Part shown: positions 51,494-63,091 of the stretch, piece after piece
Position numbering within the stretch: position 1 is the stretch's first letter
Layout: the number at the start of each line of letters is the position of its first letter
Assembly: GCF_006345805.1 (NCBI RefSeq)
Contig: NC_042999.1
Span: 116,436,001 to 116,500,000 of the forward strand
Origin: Octopus sinensis
Lineage: Eukaryota
Reading direction: 5' to 3'
DNA: 64,000 bases
The notes under the pieces: generated by a model
Database searches by the model: none
Told to the model about the DNA's origin: nothing
Seen by the model: the letters and a program-made list of their open reading frames with translations, nothing else
Position numbers and translations under genes: made by a program

Positions 51494-51895
51494 GGCGCGG
51501 GTGTAGCTATGTGGTAAGAAGCTTGCTTGCCAACCACCATAGTTCCGGGATCAATCCCACTGCATGACACCTTGCGTAGGTATCTTGTGAATGTATTTGG
51601 TAGACGGAAACTGAAAGAAGCCTCTCGTACATGTATGTATGCATGCATGCATGCATACTTACGTACATGTGTGTGTTTGTGTGTCTTTGTCTGTCACCCA
51701 CAATCACCAGGTGCTTTACAACTGATGTTAGTGTGTTTACATACCCGTAACTTAGCGGTTCGGCAAAAGAGACCGATGGAATAAGTACTAGGCTTTAAAA
51801 AAAAAGCCCGGGGTCGATTTGTTCGACCAAAACACTTGAAGGTGGTGCTCCAGTATGACCGCAGTCAAAATTATTAAAACAAGTAAACGATAAAA
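51494..51895 (+). mobile_element. SINE family A, full length
   Basis: Same head, central microsatellite and tail as 11566-11977. Confidence 0.85.
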
Positions 51896-52329
51896 AATGA
51901 AAGATATTGACATTCAAAAATATACTCGTTAACCATAAATATATTCTTTACGCAAAATATTGTTGTTAACCTTTTGCATATTGTTAACCCAGAATATTGT
52001 AGTTAACCTTAAATAGCCATGTGTTGAGAGGAGCTCTTTGGGGTTTGAATAATTCATCCTCCGGAGGCGTGGATGTTTTGTTCATTCCTAAATAAACCTT
52101 TTGAACGGAATGGGCCACTCCACCTGAAGAAAATTCTAACTAGGCCCTACCTGTAAGGTTTATTTTGATATAAAATCAGCGTGTTACGCACATATGGTTG
52201 TGATGCATGTGCCTGGTGTACCTTTATCGGACGGGTGGTCATGATGGGTATGTTGGGCTTCGTATATTTGCAGTCCAGTGTCAATTGATAGCATGCGCTA
52301 CTCTCTCACCCTAAAAACTGGCATGAACA

Positions 52330-52695
52330 CCATTGAGCCAGTCGCTGAAGGAAAGAATGTTATGGGATGCATACAGACAGGCAAATAAATAGTAACAGAC
52401 CAGACATCGTCATCAAAGACCTAAAACAAAAACAAAAAAACATACCTGTTAATTAACATGACAGTACCAACTGATAGAAACATCTCTGCAAAGGAACTTG
52501 AAAAACTGTCGAAATATAAGGATCTTGAGATTAAGATATCAAAACCTGGCAATTAAAAACCAAAGCCATCACTGCTGTTGTAGGTGCCCTGGAAATGATC
52601 AAGAAAGGTGGTGACAAATTTTTCACCACATCCTTGGGAAATCAACAATCTATGAAACTCAAAAAACTGTTGACATCAACCGCCCACATTCTCAG
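52330..52695 (+). pseudogene. R4/Dong-like LINE restriction-like endonuclease fragment
   Basis: NRPDIVIKD..LLINMTVPTDRNISAKELEKLSKYKDLEI..VVGALEMIKKG..TAHILRK, with frameshifts. Confidence 0.75.
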
Positions 52696-52911
52696 GAAGT
52701 TTCTCTCCATCTGATATATACACAGTCACCACCGGGGCATCTAATATGTACGCCTCCGGTTGAGACCGGCCCAGGAGATGAAATAAAATGCAATTCAGTC
52801 GGAAAATGATAATAATAACAATCCTCTCCAGTAAAGGCACCAAACCTGAAATTTGGTGGGAGGGGACTAGACGATTGCATCGACCGCAGTTTTTCACTGG
52901 TACTTAATTTA

Positions 52912-53307
52912 GAGAATAGGAAGCCGGACATAGTCTTAATTGAGAAAGAAAACAAACTATGCTGGATCATAGATATAGCATACCCAGCTGACAACAAGGT
53001 ACGTGATAAGGAAGAAAGTAAAGTCGAGAGATATGACAAGTTAGCTTGAGAAGTTAAGCAGTTGTGGTCGATGAAAACGGTAATAGTAGTACCAAAAATT
53101 GTCGGAGCCCTGGGAACAGTAAACAAAAATCTCGAGAATTATGTGGAACAAATAGGGGCTGCAATAAGGGTGGAGCACTTGCAGAAAACAGCACTGCTTA
53201 GAACAGCTCCGGAAGGTGCTCGAAAAATAAGAGGTGTTACCTTCGTTCACTGGTAGTGAACAGCTGACACCGTAGTACATCTCCAGCGTTAGAAGCTGTG
53301 CAAAGGC

Positions 53308-53371
<64 letters not shown>
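52912..53371 (+). mobile_element. R4/Dong-like LINE 3' end (REL endonuclease, 3' UTR, (AAT)n tail), distinct subfamily
   Basis: NRKPDIVLIEKENKLCWIIDIAYPADNKVRDKEESKVERYDKLA*EVKQLWSMKTVIVVPKIVGALGTV..LQKTALL, then (AAT)n at about 53308-53371. Confidence 0.85.
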
Positions 53372-53374
<3 letters not shown>

Positions 53375-53481
53375 CCAACATGAACTTCCAACTTGTCTCT
53401 TGAGGTCTCTGGGTGAGACTTGGAGCCAGCTTGTGCAAATGTAAAGCAAAAGTCAAACATAGAATAATAATACTAATAATA

Positions 53482-53523
<42 letters not shown>

Positions 53524-53541
53524 TAATAATAATGATGATGA

Positions 53542-53637
<96 letters not shown>

Positions 53638-53640
53638 CAT
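53372..53640 (+). mobile_element. Isolated LINE 3' UTR plus (AAT/GAT)n tail
   Basis: ATGAACTTCCAAC..TCTCTGGGTGAGACTTGGAGCC..AAAAGTCAAACATAGAATAATAAT, nearly the same as the 3' UTR at about 61110-61218. Confidence 0.8.
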
Positions 53641-53709
53641 CTCTTATTGCTGGCCTTGTGCCTAAAATTAGAAGCATTATTATTGTTGTTGCTGTTGCTG
53701 CTGCTGCTG

Positions 53710-53748
<39 letters not shown>

Positions 53749-54423
53749 TACTACTGTTATAGGTGATGGTAGTAGTAATAGTAGTAGATGGTTGCAGTGG
53801 CGGTCGTGTCGTTGTTGTTATCTGTTTAGCTGCATAACCAGACTGTCAAAAACTGACACGATATGTTAAGTGCACCGTCTGTTTTGTTTATTTGTTTATT
53901 TGTTTATTTGCTTGCTTGTTTAGCGGAGGAGTTATTTCAGTCTTCAAACGAAAAAAAAAAAATCTTCCTGGTTACAATGGCACAATCCCAGCTATTGAGG
54001 AATGGCGTAAAGTTACACCGGTTACCCATTCAACTTTCACACCGTCTTGTTTTATTCCTGCCACTAATTCTATCTAGCGAGATAGGTGTCCACATATTGC
54101 ATTTCAAAAGCTTCTGATATTTATGTGTGTAAGTGTGTGGTTCTAGTACAGGTCTACCTGAACGCTCACACACACACACACACACACATACACACACATA
54201 AACAGACGCACATCGAAGCACGCACAGACATAGACACAGACACACACACAAACACGCACGTGCACATACACGCACACACATACACACACACATAGAAACA
54301 CCCCCCACCCACACACACACAAACACATATACACACAAATACACACATCCTTTATCTTTTACTTGCTTCAGCATCGTCGCACTCAAATGACTGAAACAAA
54401 TAAAAGAATAGAAAAATAAAAGG

Positions 54424-54521
<98 letters not shown>

Positions 54522-54550
54522 TTTATACATACATGCACTTATGTGTATAT

Positions 54551-55517
54551 ACGAACAACGAAAGAAACAATGGAAAACAAAACAAGAACATAAAGAACGA
54601 CTCTTCATCAGTTGTCGGCTGTTTTTCTACTCCATATTTCGGGCAATTCAATGTTCCGTGACGTCCTGTACCGAAATATGCATATGTATATACATATATG
54701 TGTAATTATGTACATATATGTATGTATATATGCATATGTATGTATATATATTTAAAAATTATTATAAGACTGAATGCCACACATCCATTTCAAAGTAAGA
54801 TTTATTTTAATAATTTCGATGCGACTCTTATTCTATTACTATCTCTGTTCATAATTCTCGCTTCTTTTCTCTAATTCATTCCATTTCCCCTTCTCTCCCT
54901 TTCGTGCTTTCTCTCTCATCCTTTCTCTAATTCTTTTCCTCTCTCCTTCACCGTTCTCTGTCTCTCCCTCTCTCTCCCTCACTCTTCCTCCATTGCTCCC
55001 TCGCTGCTCGCACGTGACAATCGGCCATCTTTCGTTTCCTAACTTGAGTTTCTTTCTTTCCGATCAGTGGCAGAGATCAGACACATTCTTGTCTGTTTCC
55101 TGTCAAAGCTTGTTCCTCCAACGTTCGCCACCTCATTTCGTTAAGGCTTAGATGCCCTTTCTGTTTGTTTCACTGCCCTGTTTTTATTACCAACTTTGAA
55201 CCTCCGCAAAATCCCATATTTTATTTAATTTGCTTTGCAGGAATAATGTTTTGTCGAAGACGTATCTTGTCGTGAATTGCTCGAAATACCGATTAGGAAA
55301 ACAGCCGACAACTGATGAAGGGCTGTTCTTTATGTGGATTGTCTTGTTTTCCATTTGTTTCTTTCGTTGTTCGTAAACAAATGTTCGTATTCTATGTTTT
55401 CGTATTTCGTACTTCTTGTTGTTTCCGTATTTCATGTTTACGTTCTATGACGTCCTGTACCCATATATGCATATGTATATACATATATGTGTAAGTATGT
55501 ACATATATGTATGTATG
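54551..55517. mobile_element. Penelope-like element relic: inverted partial repeat plus direct repeat, flanked by (TA)n runs
   Basis: 54551-54650 is the reverse complement of 55273-55374. 54652-54727 is a direct repeat of 55442-55517. Confidence 0.55.
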
Positions 55518-55531
55518 AATATATATATAAT

Positions 55532-55579
<48 letters not shown>

Positions 55580-55587
55580 GAAATATT

Positions 55588-55932
55588 AAAATTACTAAGT
55601 CTCTATAAAAGAGATTATGGCAGCGTTTACTGGAAATTAATTGTTATCGCCATATTAATATGGCATTCGTATAGATATAAGAATAATCGCTGCCATGGTC
55701 AGCTCCATGAGGCCACCGCCATCAAGATAGATATTGATACACGATCTGCATCCATTATAACCTTCGAACTGGCAGTGTGAAGCGGCTGACCTCCCTTGTT
55801 CGAAGGTTATAATGGATACAGATCGTGTATCAATAGCTATCTTGATGGCGGTGGCCTCATGGAGCTGACCATGGCAGCGATATTCTTATATCTATAAGAA
55901 TGCCATATTAATATGGCGATAACAATTAATTT
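55588..55932. repeat. Near-perfect palindrome, ~136-bp arms, 28-bp spacer, between two (TA)n runs
   Basis: 55634-55769 is the reverse complement of 55798-55932, with only a few differences. Confidence 0.9.
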
Positions 55933-55940
55933 ATATATAT

Positions 55941-55997
<57 letters not shown>

Positions 55998-56131
55998 TGG
56001 TAATAGTTTGCTTACCAACCACATGGTTCCGGGTTCAGTTCTACCTTGGGGTAGGTGTCTTCTACTGAAGCCTCAGGTCGACCAAAGCCTTTTGAGGTGG
56101 ATTTGGTCGACGGAAACTGAGAGAAACCCGC

Positions 56132-56196
<65 letters not shown>

Positions 56197-56577
56197 ATAT
56201 GTATGTATGTAAATATATACGTATAAGTGTGTGTATGTTTGGATGTGTGAATCGAGGATGTTTAAGTTATCGCGAAACATGACTTCATGACTCATACTTA
56301 AGGAAGATAAGAAAGATTCGCCACCCAATCCCAGTGGTATATTTGTATATTAATTAACTTCGCAAAAGCCGAGAACAAATCATTTCTAAGAAAATTTAAA
56401 GCAATATTTAACAATAAGATTAGGAAATGAAAGCAACACTCAAAACTCGCAGGGATATATAACATACACATACACGTGCACGCATGCACATGCATGTGCG
56501 TGTACATGTATGTATATATGTGTGTATGTATGTATGTATCATGTATGTATGTATGTGTATATGTATGTATGCATATA

Positions 56578-56781
56578 CGAGGGGCTGCTGAAAAGTTCTT
56601 GGCTTTGGGTAAAATAAACTACGGGAGGATCAGTTGAGTATGATTTTATACAGTATATTCACACACTTATTGCAGCGATCCTTCAGTTTTTCTAAGCCCT
56701 GTGAAAGAACTCGGGAGGTCTGACCTCCAACATGGCTTTTCGCGGTGCCTTAAAAGCAAAGAACTTTTCAGCACCCTATCG
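56578..56781. mobile_element. Mariner-type MITE, copy 3
   Basis: TA-CGAGGGGCTGCTGAAAAGTTCTTGGCTTT ... AAAGAACTTTTCAGCACCCTATCG-TA. Confidence 0.85.
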
Positions 56782-56908
56782 TATATGCGTGTGTGCGTTT
56801 ATCTATCTATTAATCTATTTTTCTTTATCTAAGCCATTGTCTACACACAAAACACACACACACACACACACACAACACACACACACACAACACACACACA
56901 CACATACA

Positions 56909-56942
<34 letters not shown>

Positions 56943-57933
56943 CATACATACATACATATATACATACATATGTACATACATACATACATACATAAATACA
57001 TATTTTCTCGGTGTTCATAATTGAAACTACTTTATAATCGAAACGTCACCTGTGTATCATACCTACCATATATACACCATTGACAGACATGATGCTTTAG
57101 TGTTTATCAGAAAGAAAATTTCTTCATAGACGTTGGGTTGAAAATCTTTTAGACATCCTTGTAGCCACGATTCACGGGAAAGCCAGACGAGTTTCACTCT
57201 CCTTGGGGGCTTGTCAATGGTATGTACCCTGTAGTCACGCGCTTACACGAAATTTGACAACTCTGATATATAGCAAATACGGAATCATACAATGAGGCGT
57301 GCCATGGAATAGTGCTACATATACATGCACATACATTTATTATGATGACGATGATGATGACGATCATGACGATGATGATGACGATCATGACGATGATGAT
57401 GATAATGATGATGATGATGATGATGATGGTTGTCCATTCGTGCTCAAGAAAGACCATTACTGACCATTGTTCATGCAAAATGTCAGCAATGCCCGTGCAT
57501 AAGGTTATTGCACCAGAATTCGTCTTCACCTGGGTTCGCGTCCGCGGTTTCCATGCTTACTGCAGCACCTTCCTACCTCGACCGGACATCGGATAGTCAT
57601 ATCCACCCTCCGCCCGCTGGCTATTGCACAAAATGAAATTTTAGGTCCAATAGGGGTTGCACAGCACCTCATTTTTAAATAGCATCTCTCTCATTCGATT
57701 GACTACACGGAAATTCATCCTTTCCTCTGACAAGTGGATGTATTACCCAATAATTATCAATTTTTGATTTCATTTCGAAGGGTAATACATTCATGAAACG
57801 GTCGTAAGATACCTTAAACCTTTTAAATAATCATACTTCATATATTTATCTATTACTACAATATTATTTATATTATGGACGTATATCTTCTGTGATTTTT
57901 TAATGTAATTTTTCCTGCTCTTACTGTATAATG

Positions 57934-57965
<32 letters not shown>

Positions 57966-57967
57966 TG

Positions 57968-57998
<31 letters not shown>

Positions 57999-58161
57999 GT
58001 GTGTGTATGTATATGAACATATATATTTATAGGTATGTATACATGTACATGTATTTATGGATACATGTATGTGTGTACGCGTACATATAGTGTGTGCATC
58101 AGTTGTGTGTATACGTGCTCTTTTTACCTGGAATAAAATACACTCCCATAATGCCTAAAAG

Positions 58162-58209
<48 letters not shown>

Positions 58210-58959
58210 ATATACACTTAAAGAGAAATAGATATAGGATGAGTAGAAATAGCAGAAGATAAATATGATGATAGACAGAAAAGCTGGGAGAGAGCGAAAG
58301 TAGGAAAGAGACAGACAGAGAAATCGTAGTAAATATAAAAAGAAGCAGATGCGGTATCATTACAAGGCAGACCTACATTTATTTTTCTGTAAAAGGTTGT
58401 TCACCTGTTCGTGATCGCGATTCGTACGTGAATACTTTTCACGTACTATAACTTCCAGCTTCATTATCATCATCGCCATCTTCGTTGTTGTCGTCCAACT
58501 TTGACGTTGGTATCTTAATCGTTGTTATCATCGTTGACATCATCATTATCATCATCGTCGTCGTCGTCGTCGCCGCCGCCGCCGTCGTCGTCATCGCTCT
58601 CGGCGATGGTGGCGGTGATTGGAGTATCGCGGTAGTGGTGACGCATGATTGTGGCACACATTGTATATCGGAAAATCCGATTGAAAATAGCTAGGACTTG
58701 CAGGTAGGTATTCTCTTGCAAAGATATTTACAGTGAGGACCAGAGGTCAAATCTGGGGGATTCCTAGTTAAAAAAAAAAAGCTGCTAAATCACCCACCAG
58801 TTACACACAAGTAACTTAAAAACCAGAAAGCAATGGAAAATATGCACTATATGCTTAGTACCTCGTAATGCTATTTTCTGTGTATGCATAATTATAAATC
58901 CAGGCGCTTTGGTTAAATATTTGCTCGCACGACTTTTTAATCTGTCACAAAACACCTGT

Positions 58960-59250
58960 TTCACATTTCACATCCGAGTTACGTATTAGAAGTATGATTT
59001 TTTAAAAGATCCTTCTCAAGTTACCTATTCCCCATCCCACATTCGATTTGCGTATTCGATATATGATTTTACAATTCTTCCCAAGGTATCTATTTCACAC
59101 CCTACGCTCGAGTTACGAATTTTATGTGAGATTTTTAAAAAATCATTCTGAACGTACGTATATCACACCTCACATCCGGGCTATGAATTTGATGTAAGAT
59201 ATTTTAATCCTTCACAAAATAATTTTTTTACACTCCACACTCAGGTTATC
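58960..59250 (+). repeat. Degenerate ~66-68 bp minisatellite, about 4 units
   Basis: Recurring (T)CACA(T/C)C...CG(A/G)GTTA(C/T)G(T/A)ATT...GATTTTTAAAA pattern with roughly 67-bp period. Confidence 0.6.
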
Positions 59251-60290
59251 TCTGTCTCAGACCTTTATATTTCTTCATTTTATCCTTATAATATTTCTTC
59301 ATTTTATCCTTGTCATGTGTAGGAACTGACAGTTCGCTCAGGAGGCACTTCTTTCTTGGTAATCTTTCACTACAATACCTAGTTGAATCATCTTGATCTC
59401 TCCCTTGCTGTATATATTGACTATTTAATGCGATTTGAAATCCTTCATATAGGCGTAGGAGTGGCTGTGTGATAAGTAGCTTGCTTACGAACCACATGGT
59501 TTCGGGTTCAGTCCCACTGCGTGGTACCTTGGGCAAGTGTCTTCTACTATAGCCTCGGGCCGACCAAAGCCTTGTGAGTGGATTTGGTAGACGGAAACTG
59601 AAAGAAGCCCGTCATATATATGTATATATATATGTCTGTATGTGTGTGTGTATATGTTTGTGTGTCTATGTTTCCCCCCCCCCAACATCGCTTGTCAACC
59701 GATGCTGGTGTGTTTACATCCCCGTAACTTAGCGGTTCGGCAAAAGAGACCGACAGAATAAGTACTAGGCTTACAAAGAATAATCCTGGGGTCGCTTTGC
59801 TCGACTAAAGGCGGTGCTTCAGCATGGCCACAGGTAAATGACTGAAACAAGTAAAAGTGTAAAAGAGTAAGAGTAAAGACTATCCCAACTTATAACAGTT
59901 TTGTCACTCTTTGAGACTTTTTTCTTGGTGTATGCCTATACCGTATCTTTCTGTCTGTATTCGATAACACTGGCTCAACTTCTAGCGTATGTCGGCTCTA
60001 ACTCTATCATGCTTGTGGATGTATTCTTTCTTGGCAAAAACTGACCAGTTAGAAACAATATGGTTAATTGTTTCTACTTTATCTTCGCATATTCTCTAGT
60101 TACATGCTTTTTGTAAGTTTCTGAAGGAAAGGCTTTGATTCTTTACTGCGATTTGAAATCCTTCACTTTCAGCTTTGAGACCTTCGCTTCTCACTTAATC
60201 TTATGAACTTTCTTTGTAGATTTCAGATCAGTTTTTTAAATATATTTTTGCTATAGAAATGCTTTTCTTCTTCTCCTCTTTTTACCATGT
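59250..60290 (-). pseudogene. Decayed R4/Dong-like LINE (zinc knuckle and REL region) interrupted by a SINE
   Basis: Minus peptides EGLKAESEGFQIA..ETINHIVSN..AKKEYIHKHDRV (59880-60290) and IVVKDYQE..CLLSELSVPT..KKYK (59250-59420) parallel the element at 63089-64000. Confidence 0.7.
59452..59878 (+). mobile_element. SINE family A, full length, young
   Basis: GGCGTAGGAGTGGCTGTGTG..GGTTCAGTCCC..GACTGAAACAAGTAAAAG. Confidence 0.92.
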
Positions 60291-60499
60291 CATTCTGTAG
60301 CCCTATTTTTTATGTATATCTTAGATTTTAACTTTCTCAGATATTTTGTTGTTGCTTCCTCTTTTTCTTTATAACCATCTGTCATTTCAACTCTATGCTC
60401 TATCTTTTTGGTTTCTTCGAAAACAGAGAACAGAAAACAGTTTTTTGTTTGTTCCTGTTTTCTTAATATTTGGTAGCTATTTTTAGTATGAGTTACTTT

Positions 60500-60562
<63 letters not shown>

Positions 60563-60564
<2 letters not shown>

Positions 60565-61218
60565 TTGCAAAAACCTGGATTTGCCCCATGAAAAAAAAAC
60601 TGGTGGGAACACAAACCACCTCCAGTGCTTGAAAATGACCACATCTCACTCCTCTGGAACTTCACCATTCAAACTGACAGAAAGATAGATGCAAATAGGC
60701 CAGACATCATATTGAAAGACTTCAGACAAAGAACATGCCTCCTCATTGATATGACTGTCCCAATCGATATAAACGTATCTGTCAAGACCTACAAAAAACT
60801 GAGCAAATATAAAGATCTTGAAATAGAAATCAGCAAAATGTGGAAGCTGAAGACTAAAACAATACCTGTTGTCATAGGTGCCATGGGAATGATAGCAAAA
60901 GGGGCTGATTGCTACCTAACTCAGATACCAGGAAACCCCAAAATGGCAGAAATTCAAAAGATAGTACTCATGGGAACTGCTCATATCCTATGCAAAATAC
61001 TTTCTATGTAATCTCAAGTTTTAAAACAAACATAATTTTCGTTTTTTGTTTTTTTTTTTTTTGACATTCACTAGTACAACACAAAAAAAATATATAGCAC
61101 ACTAGGCATAACAACAAAATGAACTTCCAACCTGTTGTCTCTTGAAGTCTCTGGGTGAGACTTGGAGCCAACTTGTACAAATATAAAACAAAAGTCAAAC
61201 ATAGAATAATAATAATAA
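60563..61218 (+). mobile_element. 5'-truncated R4/Dong-like LINE inserted in a (TAA)n run
   Basis: ORF 60625-61011: LWNFTIQTDRKIDANRPDIILKD..LIDMTVPID..KLSKYKDLEIEI..VIGAMG..GTAHIL (PD..D REL motif). (TAA)n lies immediately 5' (60502-60562) and an (AAT)n tail 3'. Confidence 0.9.
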
Positions 61219-61219
61219 T

Positions 61220-61435
61220 AGTCCTTTCTATTAAAGACACAAGGCCTGAAATTTGGAGGGGGGGCAAGTCGATTACATTGACCCCAGTACGTAACTGGTA
61301 CTAATTCCATTGACGCCAAAAAGATGAAAGGCAATGTCGGCCTCGGCGAAATTTGAACTCAGAACATAAAGACAGACGAAATGCCACTGAGCATTTTGCC
61401 CAGTGTTTATCGATTATGCCAGCAGACTGCCTTCA
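61220..61435 (-). mobile_element. SINE family B
   Basis: CACAAGGCCTGAAATTTGG..GTCGATTACATTGACCCCAGTAC..GAACTCAGAAC. Confidence 0.8.
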
Positions 61436-61467
61436 CAGCAACAACAACAACTAGTAGTAGTAGTAGT

Positions 61468-61504
<37 letters not shown>

Positions 61505-63029
61505 AATAATTATGATTGCTTACGAAATAGACGTGTTTTACAAATTAGTTTCAAAGATAAGGGTTTTACTACGACATAGGGATTTTACCAAAAATACTCG
61601 CATTTAGATAACTTCATGCAGTTTGGACTTTTCCCTTTCGGGAGAGAAAAAAGAGAAAATTGAGTTATATTTTGGGACAAACTTTTATTTTGCCTGTCAC
61701 ATCGTCACGCTCCGAAAAAGAAAACTGAAAATGTACAAAATAATACATTTCACACACAGAAAACAAAAACCTCAATATTCTAATTAAATTGTGACGACGC
61801 AAAATATTAATAATATACAAGAACTAAAATAAACCACACATTTTATCCATTCTGAGTAGAAAACTTATCAACAACAAGAAGCTTATATGTCTACCTATTG
61901 CTTCGAATGAAAACAAAAACAACGTTAAATTGTCTTTGTCTTGTGTCGAACAGAAAAACTCTTAATACAAAACATTAGCACACCGAATTGGGCCCAGTCT
62001 TCCACAATCTGTTATAAAAGCCCGTGAGAGGAGAAAATTAATGTATCTGTCTTACAAAAAATACAAGATTTTGATCTCATCCAAACGCGAATTGAGGACT
62101 GCCCTGAAAAATATTTTAAGGAACGCATCCTTCATTTAAAAACTGAGGATGGGGCGAAATAGTACACGATATGGCTGTCTATAAATTGACTCGGAGGAAG
62201 GAGAAACAGATAGGCCACTATCAAAGATTTCAGAAACAATGTCATCCTCTATTTAGTTGTTACCTTTGTGGCACTATATGGACAGGTGATTAGTGCAGAA
62301 GTACCATTTGGTGATATGTGGTCTGGTCACCATACAAATCCTCGTGAAAATGGTGTAACAGACAAAAAACTGTGTCCTGCAGAGGGTGCTGAGAGGAAGG
62401 CCTTAAAACTCAGTAGACCCAGTTATTTCATATGAGAAAGCAACCCCCATTGAAAAGCTTCAATCCAAAAGGTTGAAAACGACGATAAATCCTGGAGGTT
62501 GTCCGCCCTAGGATGACAGCTAGTGAGTCAGCAAATTAAACTGCCCCGCCCTAAAACAAAATGTGAGGTGAAGTACACTTCCCGCAAAGAAGAAAATCTA
62601 TTACACCAAGGAAGGAAAACCATGTCCTGTGAGGTAGAAGACGTGGCCCTTCACTTGCCCAATAGAACGCAAGAAGTCATTGGAATCTCAAGCAAAAAAT
62701 AATAGAGAAGGAAACAAGGTGTATGTCTTATCGCAGAAGTGGGGGCAGCTTGATCAATTTGGAACTGAAAGTTTTATTTTTATATATATCTTGTTTTAAT
62801 TATTGTATATTTTATCATAATTTTTGTATTATTTTTGTATTTTTCTATTTGTATTCTAAATATTTTTTGTATGTATTGTTTTACAAATTTTAAATTCGTC
62901 CAATTATATTTTGGATAACATCTTTTACTTCTCCTGTCCCCACCACACACATTAGCTTGTATTTTCTGTATCTTTTCGAACCTTCGTGGCTAATGAAGAT
63001 AATTATTGTTGTTGTTGTTGTTGTTGTTG

Positions 63030-63034
<5 letters not shown>

Positions 63035-63091
<57 letters not shown>

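Noticed and set aside
55280-55330. GAAA...CTGATGAAGGGC as a type II hammerhead
   Set aside because: Stem II can be drawn with an extra A, but neither copy provides a stem III with NUH or a stem I.
57478-57596. VRGFHAY resembling a HIRAN-like VRGYHVY motif
   Set aside because: The match is only 7 residues and is followed by a stop within 11 codons.
61900-62760. Coding-like unique stretch (EKYFKERILHLKT; KDFRNNVIL)
   Set aside because: The motif hints conflict (GIY-YIG versus LINE RT) and there are many stops. A BLASTx would be needed.
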